DNA of 63,647 nucleotides, filler included, from Octopus bimaculoides (taxonomy: Eukaryota): the NCBI RefSeq assembly GCF_001194135.2. It is 5 parts of 5 records of this genome, joined end to end, with 100 filler letters (N's around TTAATTAATTAA, not from the genome) between each part and the next. Parts side by side here need not be neighbours in the genome. Positions count along the whole stretch, not along the records: positions 1 to 27,897 come from NC_068988.1; positions 27,998 to 50,392 come from NC_068984.1; 3 more parts are not named here. One strand, 5' to 3'. A program made the position numbers and the translations under genes. The notes beneath the pieces were generated by a model that made no database searches, was not told the DNA's origin, and saw only the letters and a program-made list of their open reading frames with translations. Below, in pieces: positions 25,766 to 40,646 of the stretch. The first letter of the stretch is position 1. Every line of letters begins with the position of its first letter.

Positions 25766-26607
25766 GCAATCAGTATATGATTTATCTACATCTGGATGCG
25801 TGTAGGGTCATTTTTGATAACATGTTCACGTATTATATAACAAAAAGAAAAGAAACGGGAACTGCACGTATAATGCGTAATTTACAAGCAGCGCTGCGGA
25901 TGTGCCAACACACACGAGCTTCAGACATAGCCGCCTTCACGTACTTCTCCTGAGGAATTCCATAAGGAGGTTCGTGAGACCACTACAGAGACACCTTCCG
26001 GAAAAAAATTCAGTAACCGTTGGAAAAACCTATTATATCAGTGACGAGATCAATTCCTAGCGATATCTGTAGTACGAGTTTTTGTATCCCCAAATATTAT
26101 TATAATATCAGACTATGGATAATTAAATTATAACATTTATTGTAGTCCACTCAGCGTTGTTGTGCCATTCAAGACACGTTATATTTTACAAACAATACAC
26201 AATGATTCAAGCGAACTACAATACACTCCTATATATAAAATAAATCCCGTTGTCTGTGTGTGTAAAAAATTATAACGGATGTATTTTTCAACTTATGTTC
26301 CAGGGATACTTTTAGACTATTAAATTTTTTCCCATAATGAGTAACGAGTCCCCTGGGGGTAGAAAACACCAGTTCCTGGGTTACGTGGAGAAGGCAGGTA
26401 ACACTGCGAAGTAACTTTCAGGAATTGATTGTCTCCTTTACACCCATAGATCATAAAAAGGACATTGCCTTTTTATATTAGATCCACGTATTTGAAATTT
26501 TTCAAAATATTTACTTCCGGTTTTCTAGCGTCATTGACGCATATATCTTTCTATCTATATCTCTCTATCCAAGTCCATTTCTATCTATCTCTCTGTATCT
26601 CTATACC

Positions 26608-26661
<54 letters not shown>

Positions 26662-26789
26662 GTCTGTCTATCTATCTATCTATTTATTTATATCTATCCT
26701 ATGTGTCTAACTAGCTAGATCTCTCTCTCCCCTTCTCTCTATATCTTACTTACTCTCTGTTGTTTTCATTCGCTATTTACAATCAGCAA

Positions 26790-27100
26790 CGACAAATTAC
26801 TGACAGAAAGAATTTCACAATTACTGATGAAAGTAATTTCATTCATAATTTACTGTCAGAAATAACTTCATAAATTTCTCTTCAGTCCGTACATTTCGTT
26901 AAATTTGCCTACAAATTTCTTATTTAATTTTGCAACGTTTTGTGATTTTGTTGTTGTTGACGGAACTATTGATAAAAGTTAGTTCATAATTTACTGATAG
27001 AAGTAACTTCAAAAATTTCACTTAAATACAATTTCTCTAACAATTTTTTTTATTTACTTTTACAACGGTTTTGTGTTTTTCTGTTGTTAACGGCTTTTTT
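26790..27100. repeat. Degenerate minisatellite plus ~120-140-bp direct duplication upstream of the Helitron ORF
   Basis: AATT(T)ACTGA(C/T)AGAA units recur. TTCATAATTTACTG..AGAA.TAACTTCA...GCAACG.TTTGTG.TTTT...GTT.ACGG occurs near 26843 and again near 26983. Confidence 0.6.
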
Positions 27101-27294
27101 CTGGTTCCTTCGATACTAGCTCTTTGGTTCACTAAGTGACAAATTTCGCTTGAACCCGTACAAATCTTTATTTTCTGTAAAAATATCTTATTTACATTCA
27201 GCCCATGGTATTAAGAAATATAATTTCCGTTACTCATTTATTTTCATTGTTTACTATCTTCTGCAGTCGTATATTTCTGTATACGTATATAACC

Positions 27295-27897
27295 ATGCCT
27301 AGAAGGAGAGTGTCACATTTGTCTACAATGTCAAGGTCAGACAAAAGAATGTCTGTTCACTGAAAGAGAGACAGCTATAGAAAGGGAAGCATACTAAGAA
27401 ACGACAGACTGCGCACTACAAAAACGAAACCGTCTCAAAGTTATGAACAGAGGTATGCACGGTTGACAAGTAATAAGACCTCCACTGCAGAATGAAGAGC
27501 AGTTGCAACAGCTCAGAGAAGTAACTTCTATGAAGAAGCTTTCAATTATGATCCAGCAATTTATTATGCACGCGACAATAGAGATTCCATTGGCGCAATG
27601 ACAACTGATTGCATACATTATAAAGCAAGGAAGTGGCTTAGAGACATACCTGCACTGTGCAGCAGTGGTGGAAAGGTTAAACTCCCTGAAATATCCCAAC
27701 CTCCACACCCATTGAAGAAACTGATGTCATCAACTGACCAAGATTTCAAGCATTTCCCAAACCAAATTAGACAATACAACGCTGCACTACAGATTACATC
27801 ATTTGGAGCCACAAGAGATTTGACCAAGCAAGGATTCATACAATTTTTGAAAGATCCAAGGTCAGATTTATCATCGGATTGGCTCTCTACTACCTCT
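27295..27897 (+). pseudogene. Helitron Rep/helicase ORF, N-terminal region, truncated by a gap
   Basis: Starts MPRRRVSHLS. Later reads IGAMTTDCIHYKARKW...LCSSGGKVKLPEISQPPHPLKKLM...FPNQIRQYNAALQITSFGAT...(frameshift)KIQGQIYHRIGSLLP, the classic Helitron N-terminal motifs. Confidence 0.88.
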
Positions 27898-27941
27898 NNN
27901 NNNNNNNNNNNNNNNNNNNNNNNNNNNNNNNNNNNNNNNNN

Positions 27942-27953
27942 TTAATTAATTAA
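27942..27953. other. Artificial scaffold spacer N44-TTAATTAATTAA-N44 (also 50437-50448, 58734-58745, 62002-62013)
   Basis: Four identical 100-bp blocks with exactly 44 N on each side of a six-frame-stop 12-mer. Confidence 0.95.
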
Positions 27954-27997
27954 NNNNNNNNNNNNNNNNNNNNNNNNNNNNNNNNNNNNNNNNNNNN

Positions 27998-28390
27998 TGT
28001 TGGCGTGTTTACATCCCCGTAACTTAGCGGTTCAGCAAACGAGACTGACAAAATAAGTACTAGGCTTACAAAGAATAAATCCTGGGGTCGATTTGTTCGA
28101 CTAAAGTCGGTGCTCCAGCATGGCCGCATTCAAAATGGTTGAAAGAAATAAAGAATAAGAATGTATCTTTTCTTAAATCGAAATATATCTTTTATCTCTT
28201 GTTACAGTTTATGGGCCGCGGCCATGCTGGAGCACCGCTTTGAAGGGTTTTTGTTGATCCCATTACTTACGTTTTTACAGTCTGATACTTATTTTACGTG
28301 TTTGATTTGCCGAAGCGCTAACTTACGGAAAGTAAATAAACCAACACCGGTTGTGAAGCATGAGGGTTAAAAGCACGCACACACACAGAC
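27998..28390. mobile_element. Two SINE family A 3' halves, tail to tail (+ 27998-28160; - 28190-28390)
   Basis: GTAACTTAGCGGTTCAGCAAA...GGCGGTGCTCCAGCATGGCCGCA on +, and GCGGCCATGCTGGAGCACCGC...CCGAAGCGCTAACTTACGG as its reverse complement. Confidence 0.8.
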
Positions 28391-28692
28391 ACAGACACAC
28401 CACACCACATTACACCACACACACACACACGCACGCATGTATATATATAGTTGAAATTTACATAAAAACAAGACGAAGACAAGTGCATAAACAACAAGCA
28501 GGTGTATTAGTTTGACACTCGGGAAGGTGAGAAGACTCAGACCGTAAGGACAGACGAAATACCACTAATCATTTCGCCTGGCGTTCTAACGTTTCTGCCA
28601 GCTCACCGTCTTATTAAATAAAAAAAATGTTAAAATGACAATACGCTGAAATATGTGTGTGGTGAGCATGTGCACTTGTGTCCATCTGTAAT

Positions 28693-29010
28693 ATCCTTTC
28701 TACTGGGGGCACAAGGCCTCAGATTTGGGAGTAGGAGACTAGTCAATTACATCGACCCCAGTGTTTTACTGGTACTTAATTTATCCACCCCGAAAGGATG
28801 AATGGCAAAGTCGATCACCGCGGAATTTGAACTCAGAACGTAACGACGAGTGAAATACTGCTAAGCATTTCGTCCAGACAAAAGGCTTAGCAGCATTTCT
28901 TCCGACTTTACGTTCAAAACCCGCCGGGGTCGACTGTGTATTTCATCCTTTCGGGGTCGATGTAATCGACTTATGCCCACCCCAATCTTGCTAGCCTTGT
29001 GCCAAACGTC
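28693..29010. mobile_element. SINE family B copies (- 28693-28878; + partial 28895-29010)
   Basis: ATCCTTTCTACT...CACAAGGCC...CGACCCCAGT...GGAATTTGAACTCAGAACGT (tRNA B-box GAGTTCAAATTCC on -). Same family as 41925, 57318 and 59714. Confidence 0.8.
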
Positions 29011-30237
29011 AATGAGTTCCAGAAATAACTAGGAGGTTAACTTTGTGACGGTCTGGCGCCCTATTCAGGGACGAGTGGTGTAATCTCAGTCACTTATACC
29101 ATGAGTTAGTCATATTGGAAACCGGGTTAAGATCCGGCTTTTTGAGTCCTAGGGTTCATAACAGATACAACTCTACGTAGTAAACAGTTGTCTTAATTCA
29201 TCCAAGCGCAAACATATATGTCGTATAGAGTACAAACAAACATTTCATATATTAACGTTTCCTCAACGGCTTCCTCCCTTAAGTAAGAGAGCTGATTGAA
29301 ATAGAGTGGCCTAATCATTGTATAAGACCGGCCCTATATCATTTCAAGGAAGTGAATCGAGAAGTTCAAAATTTTGTTTGGCAACAAAGGGCAACAGTTT
29401 GAATCAGAAGCAGCAAACATCGTTAATGTTTTCCGCTTTTGATGGTAATTCTTGAGAACTAGAAGAAGCCACTATGCCGGTTTCGTATGTATTTGTAAAC
29501 GGTTGTGATTTGTTTATTTCTGTCTTTGTGGTGCTCTTTTTAATTTCTCTTACACTCCCTGTATTTCTTGTTTTCTGCTGTGTTGTTGATACCCTTGGGG
29601 AAAACGGTGCGCTGAGAATAAATATAAACTAAAATACAACAGAGAGAATGCTTGACGATTTAAGTGGGAATTAAGTAGACGATGGAAAAATCTAACGAAA
29701 GTGTGTTGACAAGACTTCCCAAGAAGTTTCACTCTGTGGTTTCCAAATGAAAATGGTTTTCCCCCTTCGAGAACTTAGACTTCAACACTTGTCACTTTGA
29801 AGAACCTTTCATAGGAGTGTCAGAATTTCAGCAAAAGAGAAGGAAATAGATTAGCTGATTATATAGCGAATTCGTGAATTTTTAATATAAACATTTGTTT
29901 TTCAAAAAGAATATACGAATATACGTTTATATANNNNNNNNNNNNNNNNNNNNNNNNNNNNNNNNNNNNNNNNNNNNNNNNNNNNNNNNNNNNNNNNNNN
30001 NNNNNNNNNNNNNNNNNNNNNNNNNNNNNNNNNNNNNNNNNNNNNNNNNNNNNNNNNNNNNNNNNNNNNNNNNNNNNNNNNNNNNNNNNNNNNNNNNNNN
30101 NNNNNNNNNNNNNNNNNNNNNNNNNNNNNNNNNNNNNNNNNNNNNNNNNNNNNNNNNNNNNNNNNNNNNNNNNNNNNNNNNNNNNNNNNNNNNNNNNNNN
30201 NNNNNNNNNNNNNNNNNNNNNNNNNNNNNNNNNNNNN

Positions 30238-30270
<33 letters not shown>

Positions 30271-30273
<3 letters not shown>

Positions 30274-30479
30274 GAGAAGCGCTGAAAATTTCCTAGCTTT
30301 GGGTAAAAGAAAATACAAGAGGATCAGTTAATTATGATTTTAATCATCGCATGCCCCTCTCAGATTCACACACTTATTACAGCGGTCCTTTAATGATTCT
30401 AACCTCAGAAAGAGAACTCCGAAGGTTGGGCCTCCAACCAGGCCCTTCATGACACCCTCAAAGCCAGTACCCCTTCGTA
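30271..30479. mobile_element. mariner-derived MITE (second copy 50865-51077)
   Basis: Ends TACGAG..GCTGAAAATTTCCTAGCTTT and AAAGCCAG..CCCTTCGTA, in TA context. The internal sequence matches 50865-51077 (TACGATGGGGGTGCTGAAAAGTTCCTGGCTTT). Confidence 0.85.
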
Positions 30480-31333
30480 TATATATATACTTACATACAT
30501 GTACGCTACCTTTGCTAAATGTTTAAGAAGCTCCTTTCACAAATATGATATTCCAGATTGGATACCGCAGCCAGCCATCAAATAAAACCAATTAATCTCT
30601 ACATTTGTCTGCCACACGAGTAACAATGACTATTTATTACAAATCTGAATATGCACAAAATGTCGTGTATGTAAATGTCTTTTTCATATTATTGGATAGA
30701 AATTTATATTAAGTAATGTCAAAAGTTTTGTCCTAACTTTTCACTAACACATTCCAATACATCGGTGGAATTCTGTCTCTGCGAACGGGTCACAGTTATG
30801 CGACAAAACATCTGACACAATAAAATAAAGTTGAAAGTAAATTTAACAGTTTCGTACAGTATTAAAAATATAGAATATCTACCTACCGTTTGGACAGNNN
30901 NNNNNNNNNNNNNNNNNNNNNNNNNNNNNNNNNNNNNNNNNNNNNNNNNNNNNNNNNNNNNNNNNNNNNNNNNNNNNNNNNNNNNNNNNNNNNNNNNNNN
31001 NNNNNNNNNNNNNNNNNNNNNNNNNNNNNNNNNNNNNNNNNNNNNNNNNNNNNNNNNNNNNNNNNNNNNNNNNNNNNNNNNNNNNNNNNNNNNNNNNNNN
31101 NNNNNNNNNNNNNNNNNNNNNNNNNNNNNNNNNNNNNNNNNNNNNNNNNNNNNNNNNNNNNNNNNNNNNNNNNNNNNNNNNNNNNNNNNNNNNNNNNNNN
31201 NNNNNNNNNNNNNNNNNNNNNNNNNNNNNNNNAGTTTAAAAAAAACAATAACAAAAGAACAAAAAGACAACAAAGTGAGGACGTGATATGGATAGTATTA
31301 TTGGACGCTCAGGAAAGGAAAGAGAGAGTGTAT

Positions 31334-31365
31334 GACGTTTCGGGCGTAGCCCTTCGTCGGAAAGA
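31334..31365 (-). ncRNA. Hammerhead-like motif (core variant CCGACGA)
   Basis: Minus strand: CCGACGA-A-GGGC-TAC-GCCC-GAAAC-GTC. Stem II is perfect; stem I is not conserved in this copy. Confidence 0.5.
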
Positions 31366-31517
31366 TGGAAAGTTCGGAGAATGGAAGAACGGAGAAAGAG
31401 GAAAATGGTACCAATGCCCACGAGGTTACATATATAGAATATCTACGTGCCGTTTGGACAGCGTATCCCCATATGTATACACGCACCCCCCACCCACCCA
31501 CATACAACCATAGTCAA

Positions 31518-31910
31518 AGTATCGGATCACTGATCATGAAACACCGTCTTCGATGGTCACGAAGCGTCAAGTCTTATTCAGTGAACACACATCAGGAAAA
31601 AAACCACGTGTTTGCCCTCTTCAAAGACACAAGAGCCAACTCAAAGCAACACTGAAAGCCACTTGAATTGAGCCTAAATCGTTTCGAAACACAGGTCCGA
31701 GACCGTACCAATTGTCGGTGTTCCATCACCATCGGAATCAAAAACTTCGAAGAGACCAGAAGAGAAAAAAAAAACGAAGAAAACAAACGACAGGAGAGAA
31801 AGGCTCGGCAAAATCAACTTCGTTCTCTACCGACATTCCCATGCAGCCAATCCCATCGACTCTTCTATGCAAGAATTGGTCTGCAGTCTTCAAGGACATC
31901 ACCATAAAGG
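31518..31910 (+). mobile_element. RTE-clade LINE 3' ORF remnant
   Basis: SIGSLIMKHRLRW...FKDT..N...RFETQVRDRTNCRCSITIGIKNFEETR...RKARQ...FPCSQSHRLFYARIGLQS, typical of an RTE/BovB C-terminus. Confidence 0.82.
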
Positions 31911-31992
31911 AAGTGTTCAGCAAAGAAAAGAAATACTGAGATACGAGATAAAGCCGACAACGGCGATATATGCATACGTACATATATATATA

Positions 31993-32218
31993 CAGTGATC
32001 CCTCGCCATATCGCAGGTCACCTATCGCGCACTCAGTACATCGTGGATTTTTCTGGCTAATATATGCAAATTTATATCGCGGAATACTCAGTATATCACG
32101 GGTTTCTGCAGCCGATAGGTATTTATATTGTTTTAGATTTTAATTATTTCTGTGGGAGGTTTTGGATTTTAATTTTTTTTAGATTTTAATTATTTCAGCG
32201 ATAGTCGCGGGATTACTG
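31993..32218. mobile_element. pogo/Tigger-type MITE
   Basis: TA|CAGTGATCCCTCGC ... GCGGGATTACTG|TA: inverted termini with TA duplication. Confidence 0.8.
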
Positions 32219-32222
32219 TATA

Positions 32223-32270
32223 CAGAGAGAGAGAGAGGAGGGAGAGGGAGAGAGAGAGAGAGAGAGAGAG

Positions 32271-32306
<36 letters not shown>

Positions 32307-32389
32307 AAGAGAGAGAGAGAGAGACAGATAGACACATAGATAGATAGATGCATAGATAGATGCATAGATAGACAGACAGACAGACAGAC

Positions 32390-32447
<58 letters not shown>
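32223..32447. repeat. Compound (GA)n/(GACA)n/(GATA)n microsatellite
   Basis: Directly visible. Confidence 0.96.
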
Positions 32448-32449
<2 letters not shown>

Positions 32450-32684
32450 GTGGCCGGCCTATGGGGTTACCTTGGCCTTCATGCCTACAAAGCGTTTAGT
32501 TTTACAACGTTTCCTAAGTAGAGTTGAGAGAGGCTGGTGTTGGTTTGCGTCGGCAAGACATTTANNNNNNNNNNNNNNNNNNNNNNNNNNNNNNNNNNNN
32601 NNNNNNNNNNNNNNNNNNNNNNNNNNNNNNNNNNNNNNNNNNNNNNNNNNNNNNNNNNNNNNNNNNNNNNNNNNNNNNNNNNNN

Positions 32685-32744
<60 letters not shown>

Positions 32745-33484
32745 GTGGCTGGCCTATGGGGTTACCTTGGCCTTCATGCCTACAAAGCGCTTAGTTTTAC
32801 AACGTTTCCTCAGACCCTAAGTAGAGTTGAGAGAGGCTGGTGTTGGTTTGCGTCGGCAAGACATTTATTATCTAGAAAAATCAAATCAATTTAATAAGTG
32901 CACTAAACTTGCTGTTTCGAGCATAGAACTTCTTTAAGAAAGAGTTGACACGAAAGGCATCAATGTGCGAAAACAGGGTTTCACATAAATTTAAGTTAGA
33001 AAAACTGACTGCAGCAGTTGAGTCTCATGTAATTCTGCGTTCCCCATCAGCTGCAGCCAGACTTTTTTAACATAGAAGAACGAAAATTCTGTTGACTCTC
33101 ATTAATTTCGTTCCTGTCAAATTCCTATGCGCATATGTATCTGTGTATGTATGTATGTATCTGTGTATGTATGTATGCAAGTTTGCATTTAAGTATGTAT
33201 TTATATGCAATATAATGTGTCAATCTGTCACCAAAGCAGATTTTTTTTATCCTTTCAAAGCTACGGTTGATAAAGCATACGACAGTGAACCGATTTATAT
33301 ACGCGATGATAAATCGATATCTTTTATCATTTATTTGCTTTAGTAATTGGATTGCGGCCATGCTAGGGCAACCGGTTTGGAGAGTTTTCATAAAAAAAAA
33401 ACAGCACCAGCTGTAAAACGATGAAAGAGTGACAAGCACACGCATACACATACACACGCACGCACACATATACATACATACATA

Positions 33485-33681
33485 TACTCTTTACTCTTTT
33501 ACTCTTTTACTCTTTTACTTGTTTTAGTCATTTGACTGTNNNNNNNNNNNNNNNNNNNNNNNNNNAAATCCACTCACAGGCTTTGGTCGGCCCGAGGCTA
33601 TAGTAGAAGACACTTCCTCAAAGTGCCGCGCAGTGGGACTGAACTTGAAACCACGTGCTTACAAAGCGAGCCTCTTAACCA
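33485..33681 (-). mobile_element. SINE family A, head and tail separated by a small gap
   Basis: Tail (TACTCTTT)n..CAGTCATTTGACTG, then head GGTCGGCCCGAGGCTATAGTAGAAGACAC..CAGTGGGACTGAAC. Confidence 0.8.
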
Positions 33682-34095
33682 AACATTTTTCAGACGAATG
33701 TTATTGTCACTAATTTTTAATTCTTATTTTGGTGTCGAAGATGAGATTGACTCGTAAAACGTTTGTCTGTAATGATGCAGTGTGAAATATTAATATCCTA
33801 ATGCACGTTTTAAGCTAAAACATCCCGCATTTTTTTTTATTGTATCCCAAAAATTACAGCCAAAAATAGTTAAATTGTTTTCTGTGTTTAACATTAAAGG
33901 ATTGGTTAGTTTTAATAGTCTAGCAGAAATGCTAACCTAGGGCTTTGAGTGAAACCAACAGATTCCATATTGTATAAATTTCAGTCGTTCTATTCCCTAT
34001 AGGATTATGTAATTACTTTTAAGAACAAAATTCAAAACTTTTCTTCCGACCACTCTCTTCCGACCACTCTCTTCCGATTCATAGAATAACGAAAA

Positions 34096-34100
34096 GAATA

Positions 34101-34198
<98 letters not shown>

Positions 34199-34203
34199 TA
34201 ATA
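34096..34203. repeat. Long (TAA)n microsatellite
   Basis: Directly visible. Confidence 0.97.
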
Positions 34204-35144
34204 AAGACTGAAGAAAAGAAAAGATTCCAAATGTTCGAGTTTGAAAAGTTTCGTAACAAAATTAAAATTACATTTGAAACATTCACTACTATTCATAACC
34301 GACGTGTTTATATTAACTCAGAATCATAAACCCTGTAGCTCCCCCCCTCTCTCTCTCTTTCTCTCTCTCGACATTACTTACTATTTTCTTTGCTCTCTTC
34401 CTCTTTTTTCTTGTTTTTCTCCGTATACCAAATGATATACGTTAAATAATGGACATAGAAAAAAAAAAAACAAAAAAAAAAACTCGTTATTCTGATTTGA
34501 AAAGTAATTAAAAATATAATAGGTTTGTTCTGTTTTTGCCCGATTTTACGTCTTTATTATACATGTTTTAAATTTGTCTCAAATTCAAGTATTTACATAA
34601 ATGATAAAACTGGAATTATGACAAGCTTTTACAGAAAAAAGAACTTCCATCATCAGACGTTTTTATCTTTTATTTTACTACTTGTTTCAGTCATTGGACT
34701 GCGGCCATGCTGGGACATCTGCAGCAAATGAGCATATGCTAACGTTTGGTAAACTCTCACAACAATTCCGTTTTCTTCCGCATCTCTCGAGCTGCCGAAA
34801 ACACTAACCACCACAACACTCACAAATCATACCCTTATATGAAAGCTAAATTGACAATATATGTCCATGTATACAAACAACGGGATTCGCAATATTTGAA
34901 GGACTTCCATCGCAACTTTTGGATTAAATATTATCTAGAAGTACACAGCGACACCAACCTCTTCTTCAAGCCAATGAAGACTTCCCTGGGCGGGCACGTA
35001 ATCAACGACAAATTTCCGTAAAATCCCATCTACCTTATGAAATATATGGAAAATCTAATGCAATATGTGCAAACGCTTTAAGCGCGTACATACATACACA
35101 CACACGCACACACACACACACACAAACACACACACATATATATA

Positions 35145-35180
<36 letters not shown>

Positions 35181-36461
35181 TATATAAGCACAGGAGTGGC
35201 TGCGTGGTAAGACGGGTTGACAAAAGCCTTGTGAGTTGATTTGATAGACGGAAACNNNNNNNNNNTATGTATGTATGTATGTATGTATATATAAGCACAG
35301 GAGTGGCTGCGTGGTAAGACGGGTTGACAAAAGCCTTGTGAGTTGATTTGATAGACGGAAACTGAAAGAAGCCCGTCGTGTATAGATAATATATATGTAT
35401 ATATATATATATATATATATGCACATTTACCTGCAAATATATGTATATAATGTAATATTATGTTATATTATATTATATTATATTGTAGTATGTTATGTTA
35501 TATTATATTATATTGTATATCATCCGTCCTATTTTTCATGTTTGCATAAATACAAGACGGGTTTCTTTCAATTTTCGTCAACCAAATTCGCTCACAAGGC
35601 TATAGTAAAAGACATTGGTTGACCATCAACCTTGTACAATCCGGATATGTATGGCTTTGTATGTTTATTGATATCATCTGTGCCCCTTGTAAAAACAAAA
35701 TGAAGGTATCTTCAATCGTAGAAGTCTATTTTTTTTCTATTTTAGAAAAGAACAACCAAAATATGTATGGCCTTGTACGTTTACTGATATTGTCTGAGTT
35801 TCTTATGAAAAAAAAATGAAAGTGCCTTCAGTGATCGAAGCCCTTTTTTTGATTTTAGAAAAGTACGACCAAAACACAGGCAAGCAACTTTGGTTTTAGA
35901 TTGCATAATGGAATGAATAAATTTGATCTGAGACTATACAAAATACAGCAAGCGTCTATCAAATCAACATTGACAAACCATACACTAAGTAAAATTGCAT
36001 TCCAAATTCACATACCTCAGCACTGTCTGTCGAACGAAATACTGTATATTGACATCGGAAACACCTATTAGACCATACACAGCATTTTTACCAAGCATGC
36101 AGAGTTTTCTGAACAAAGAAAATGCTATTTATATCAGTGCCATTTACGTTGTTATATATTTTAGCATATTGTAAAGTACGAATGAACAGTCATTTTAAGA
36201 TCGAGCAATAACGATAGGTAATGGAACTAAGTAAATTTGAATTCATTTTGCTGTAATTGTTATTAAACCAACAAATGATTAAACTATTGTTATTCTCTTC
36301 TTGGAGATTCAACACCAGTTATCTCATTTTGCAAGGAATAAGAGGCAAAATTCTTCTTGTGCTTTAAATCGTGACATATGCCTCGATTACTGTAAAGATT
36401 ATGATCTATAATCTAATTTAAGCTTAAGTTATGATGTATAATCGTAAAATCACTTGCGTAT

Positions 36462-36502
<41 letters not shown>

Positions 36503-37177
36503 CATGCATAGATACATATATAATATAATATATTATATTGTATTATATGATACGCGCGCGTGAGTGTGTGTGAACGCGTGACTCGGATCTTCCAATGGGA
36601 ATCTAGTATACCATACCACCAACAAATAATGAACATTCTTTCAAGCTGAACGAGGCCAAGGCTTTACACAACATGACCATTTGATGGATTAGACACCTGC
36701 TTTATTGATTACAAACTTTCTGAGAAATGGTATTAACTGCTTACCTACAAGTATATAGTCCACGTCGTGCGTTGACGGCTTTTTAAAATTTTGTTTATAT
36801 ACGCATGTATGTGCGTGTATGTGTGGGCACATATATACGTACATACACATACAAGCATATATATACTTATATATATATATATATATATATATATANNNNN
36901 NNNNNNNNNNNNNNNNNNNNNNNNNNNNNNNNNNNNNNNNNNNNNNNNNNNNNNNNNNNNNNNNNNNNNNNNNNNNNNNNNNNNNNNNNNNNNNNNNNNN
37001 NNNNNNNNNNNNNNNNNNNNNNNNNNNNNNNNNNNNNNNNNNNNNNNNNNNNNNNNNNNNNNNNNNNNNNNNNNNNNNNNNNNNNNNNNNNNNNNNNNNN
37101 NNNNNNNNNNNNNNNNNNNNNNNNNNNNNNNNNNNNNNNNNNNNNNNNNNNNNNNNNNNNNNNNNNNNNNNNNNNNN

Positions 37178-37217
<40 letters not shown>

Positions 37218-37784
37218 CACATACACATACATACTTACATACATACACACATACACCTATATACATGCATATATACAAATACGTATGGGTTTTTTTCGCT
37301 GCTTGTACATCTGTACATACCATACATAAATATCTGCACTGACTCAAGTGCCATATTATATACATAGCAACATATGTATAATATTATATGCATAGTGAGT
37401 CTATATTAGTTTCCTTTTTTATATTCTTGCTTTTGTCTCAATTTTTAACACACTCTCCTATTTTGTATACATATCTGATATCATAAGCAGGCATCCAGAA
37501 AGTAAACTTATGAGGTGATAGATTTGCAATATGAAATAAAATCATAAGGACCTAATCAGTTTATAAATGATTGTATTTGGTTACACTAGTGACATTTTTT
37601 AAGAAATAAATTGTAACTCTACCCTAACCTTTTGCCCTGAGGTTAATTGCATAAGAACGCGATGTAGTGATGCGATTTGGTATATATTTCTGAGAGTGTT
37701 AAACAGATGATAAAATTAAACGAGAAAGGAAAAATATAACACTGGCCATCTGGTGAAGTGGCGGGAGATTATTTTTTTAAAACC

Positions 37785-38153
37785 TTTTATCTTATACTTG
37801 TTTCAGTCATTAGACTACGTCCATGCTGGGGCACCGCCTTAAAAAATTTTTAGTCGAAAAGTCGACCGCAGTACTTATTTTTGTTATTTTTTTTTTACAA
37901 GCCGGGTACTTATTCTATCGGTCTCTTTTGTCGAATCGCTAATTTAAGGGGACGTAAATACACCAAATGCCGGTTATCACGCAGTGATGCGGACAAACAC
38001 AGACATAAACACACGCACGCACACACAACACACACACACATACACATACATATATGTCCCACTGCGTGGCACTTTGGGTAAGTATCTTCTACTATAGCCT
38101 CGGGCCGACCAAAGCCTTCTGAGTAGATTTGATACACGAAAACTGAAAGACCG

Positions 38154-38157
<4 letters not shown>
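37785..38157. mobile_element. SINE family A fragments (- tail 37785-38010; + partial head 38053-38157)
   Basis: CTTGTTTCAGTCATTAGACT..CCATGCTGGGGCACCGCC and GTCCCACTGCGTGGCACTTTGGGTAAGTATCTTCTACTATAGCCTCGGGCCGACCAAAGCC. Confidence 0.8.
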
Positions 38158-38197
<40 letters not shown>

Positions 38198-39280
38198 NNN
38201 NNNNNNNNNNNNNNNNNNNNNNNNNNNNNNNNNNNNNNNNNNNNNNNNNNNNNNNNNNNNNNNNNNNNNNNNNNNNNNNNNNNNNNNNNNNNNNNNNNNN
38301 NNNNNNNNNNNNNNNNNNNNNNNNNNNNNNNNNNNNNNNNNNNNNNNNNNNNNNNNNNNNNNNNNNNNNNNNNNNNNNNNNNNNNNNNNNNNNNNNNNNN
38401 NNNNNNNNNNNNNNNNNNNNNNNNNNNNNNNNNNNNNNNNNNNNNNNNNNNNNNNNNNNNNNNNNNNNNNNNNNNNNNNNNNNNNNNNNNNNNNNNNNNN
38501 NNNNNNNNNNNNNNNNNNNNNNNNNNNNNNNNNNNNNNNNNNNNNNNNNNNNNNNNNNNNNNNNNNNNNNNNNNNNNNNNNNNNNNNNNNNNNNNNNNNN
38601 NNNNNNNNNNNNNNNNNNNNNNNNNNNNNNNNNNNNNNNNNNNNNNNNNNNNNNNNNNNNNNNNNNNNNNNNNNNNNNNNNNNNNNNNNNNNNNNNNNNN
38701 NNNNNNNNNNNNNNNNNNNNNNNNNNNNNNNNNNNNNNNNNNNNNNNNNNNNNNNNNNNNNNNNNNNNNNNNNNNNNNNNNNNNNNNNNNNNNNNNNNNN
38801 NNNNNNNNNNNNNNNNNNNNNNNNNNNNNNNNNNNNNNNNNNNNNNNNNNNNNNNNNNNNNNNNNNNNNNNNNNNNNNNNNNNNNNNNNNNNNNNNNNNN
38901 NNNNNNNNNNNNNNNNNGAATAAATTTTACCTCTTTTCAAACATAGGATGAAGATGATGATGATGATGATGATGTGGCAATTAGAAAATACGAACGAAAT
39001 TATTTGATAATTTTCTTCACTACTTCAGGGAGTGACGACCCTGCATGACACAAGCTGGTGCCAAACGTAATTCTCTCTTCTCCTTTAGACTACGCCAGCA
39101 AGGTCGAGAGAGGAATCCTCACGATTGGGCTTCCCAGGATTTTCTTAGATCTAACCCAGGCCTGCGCAAAACTGGAGAAGAAACTGGAGAGGACATGAAA
39201 TGTAAAATCCGGATTAGATTATTTTATGCGCAACTCCATTGTCTCCCGAGACAAAAGGATGCCAAAAACAACAATATATA

Positions 39281-40586
<1,306 letters not shown>

Positions 40587-40587
40587 C

Positions 40588-40646
<59 letters not shown>

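Noticed and set aside
25948-25985. CTGAGGA hammerhead core downstream of the GIY-YIG fragment
   Set aside because: No GAAA and no convincing stems.
34746-35021. 91-aa ORF in unique-looking sequence (also ORFs at 10310, 12363 and 39045)
   Set aside because: No domain motif, splice support or ATG context; length is within chance expectation.
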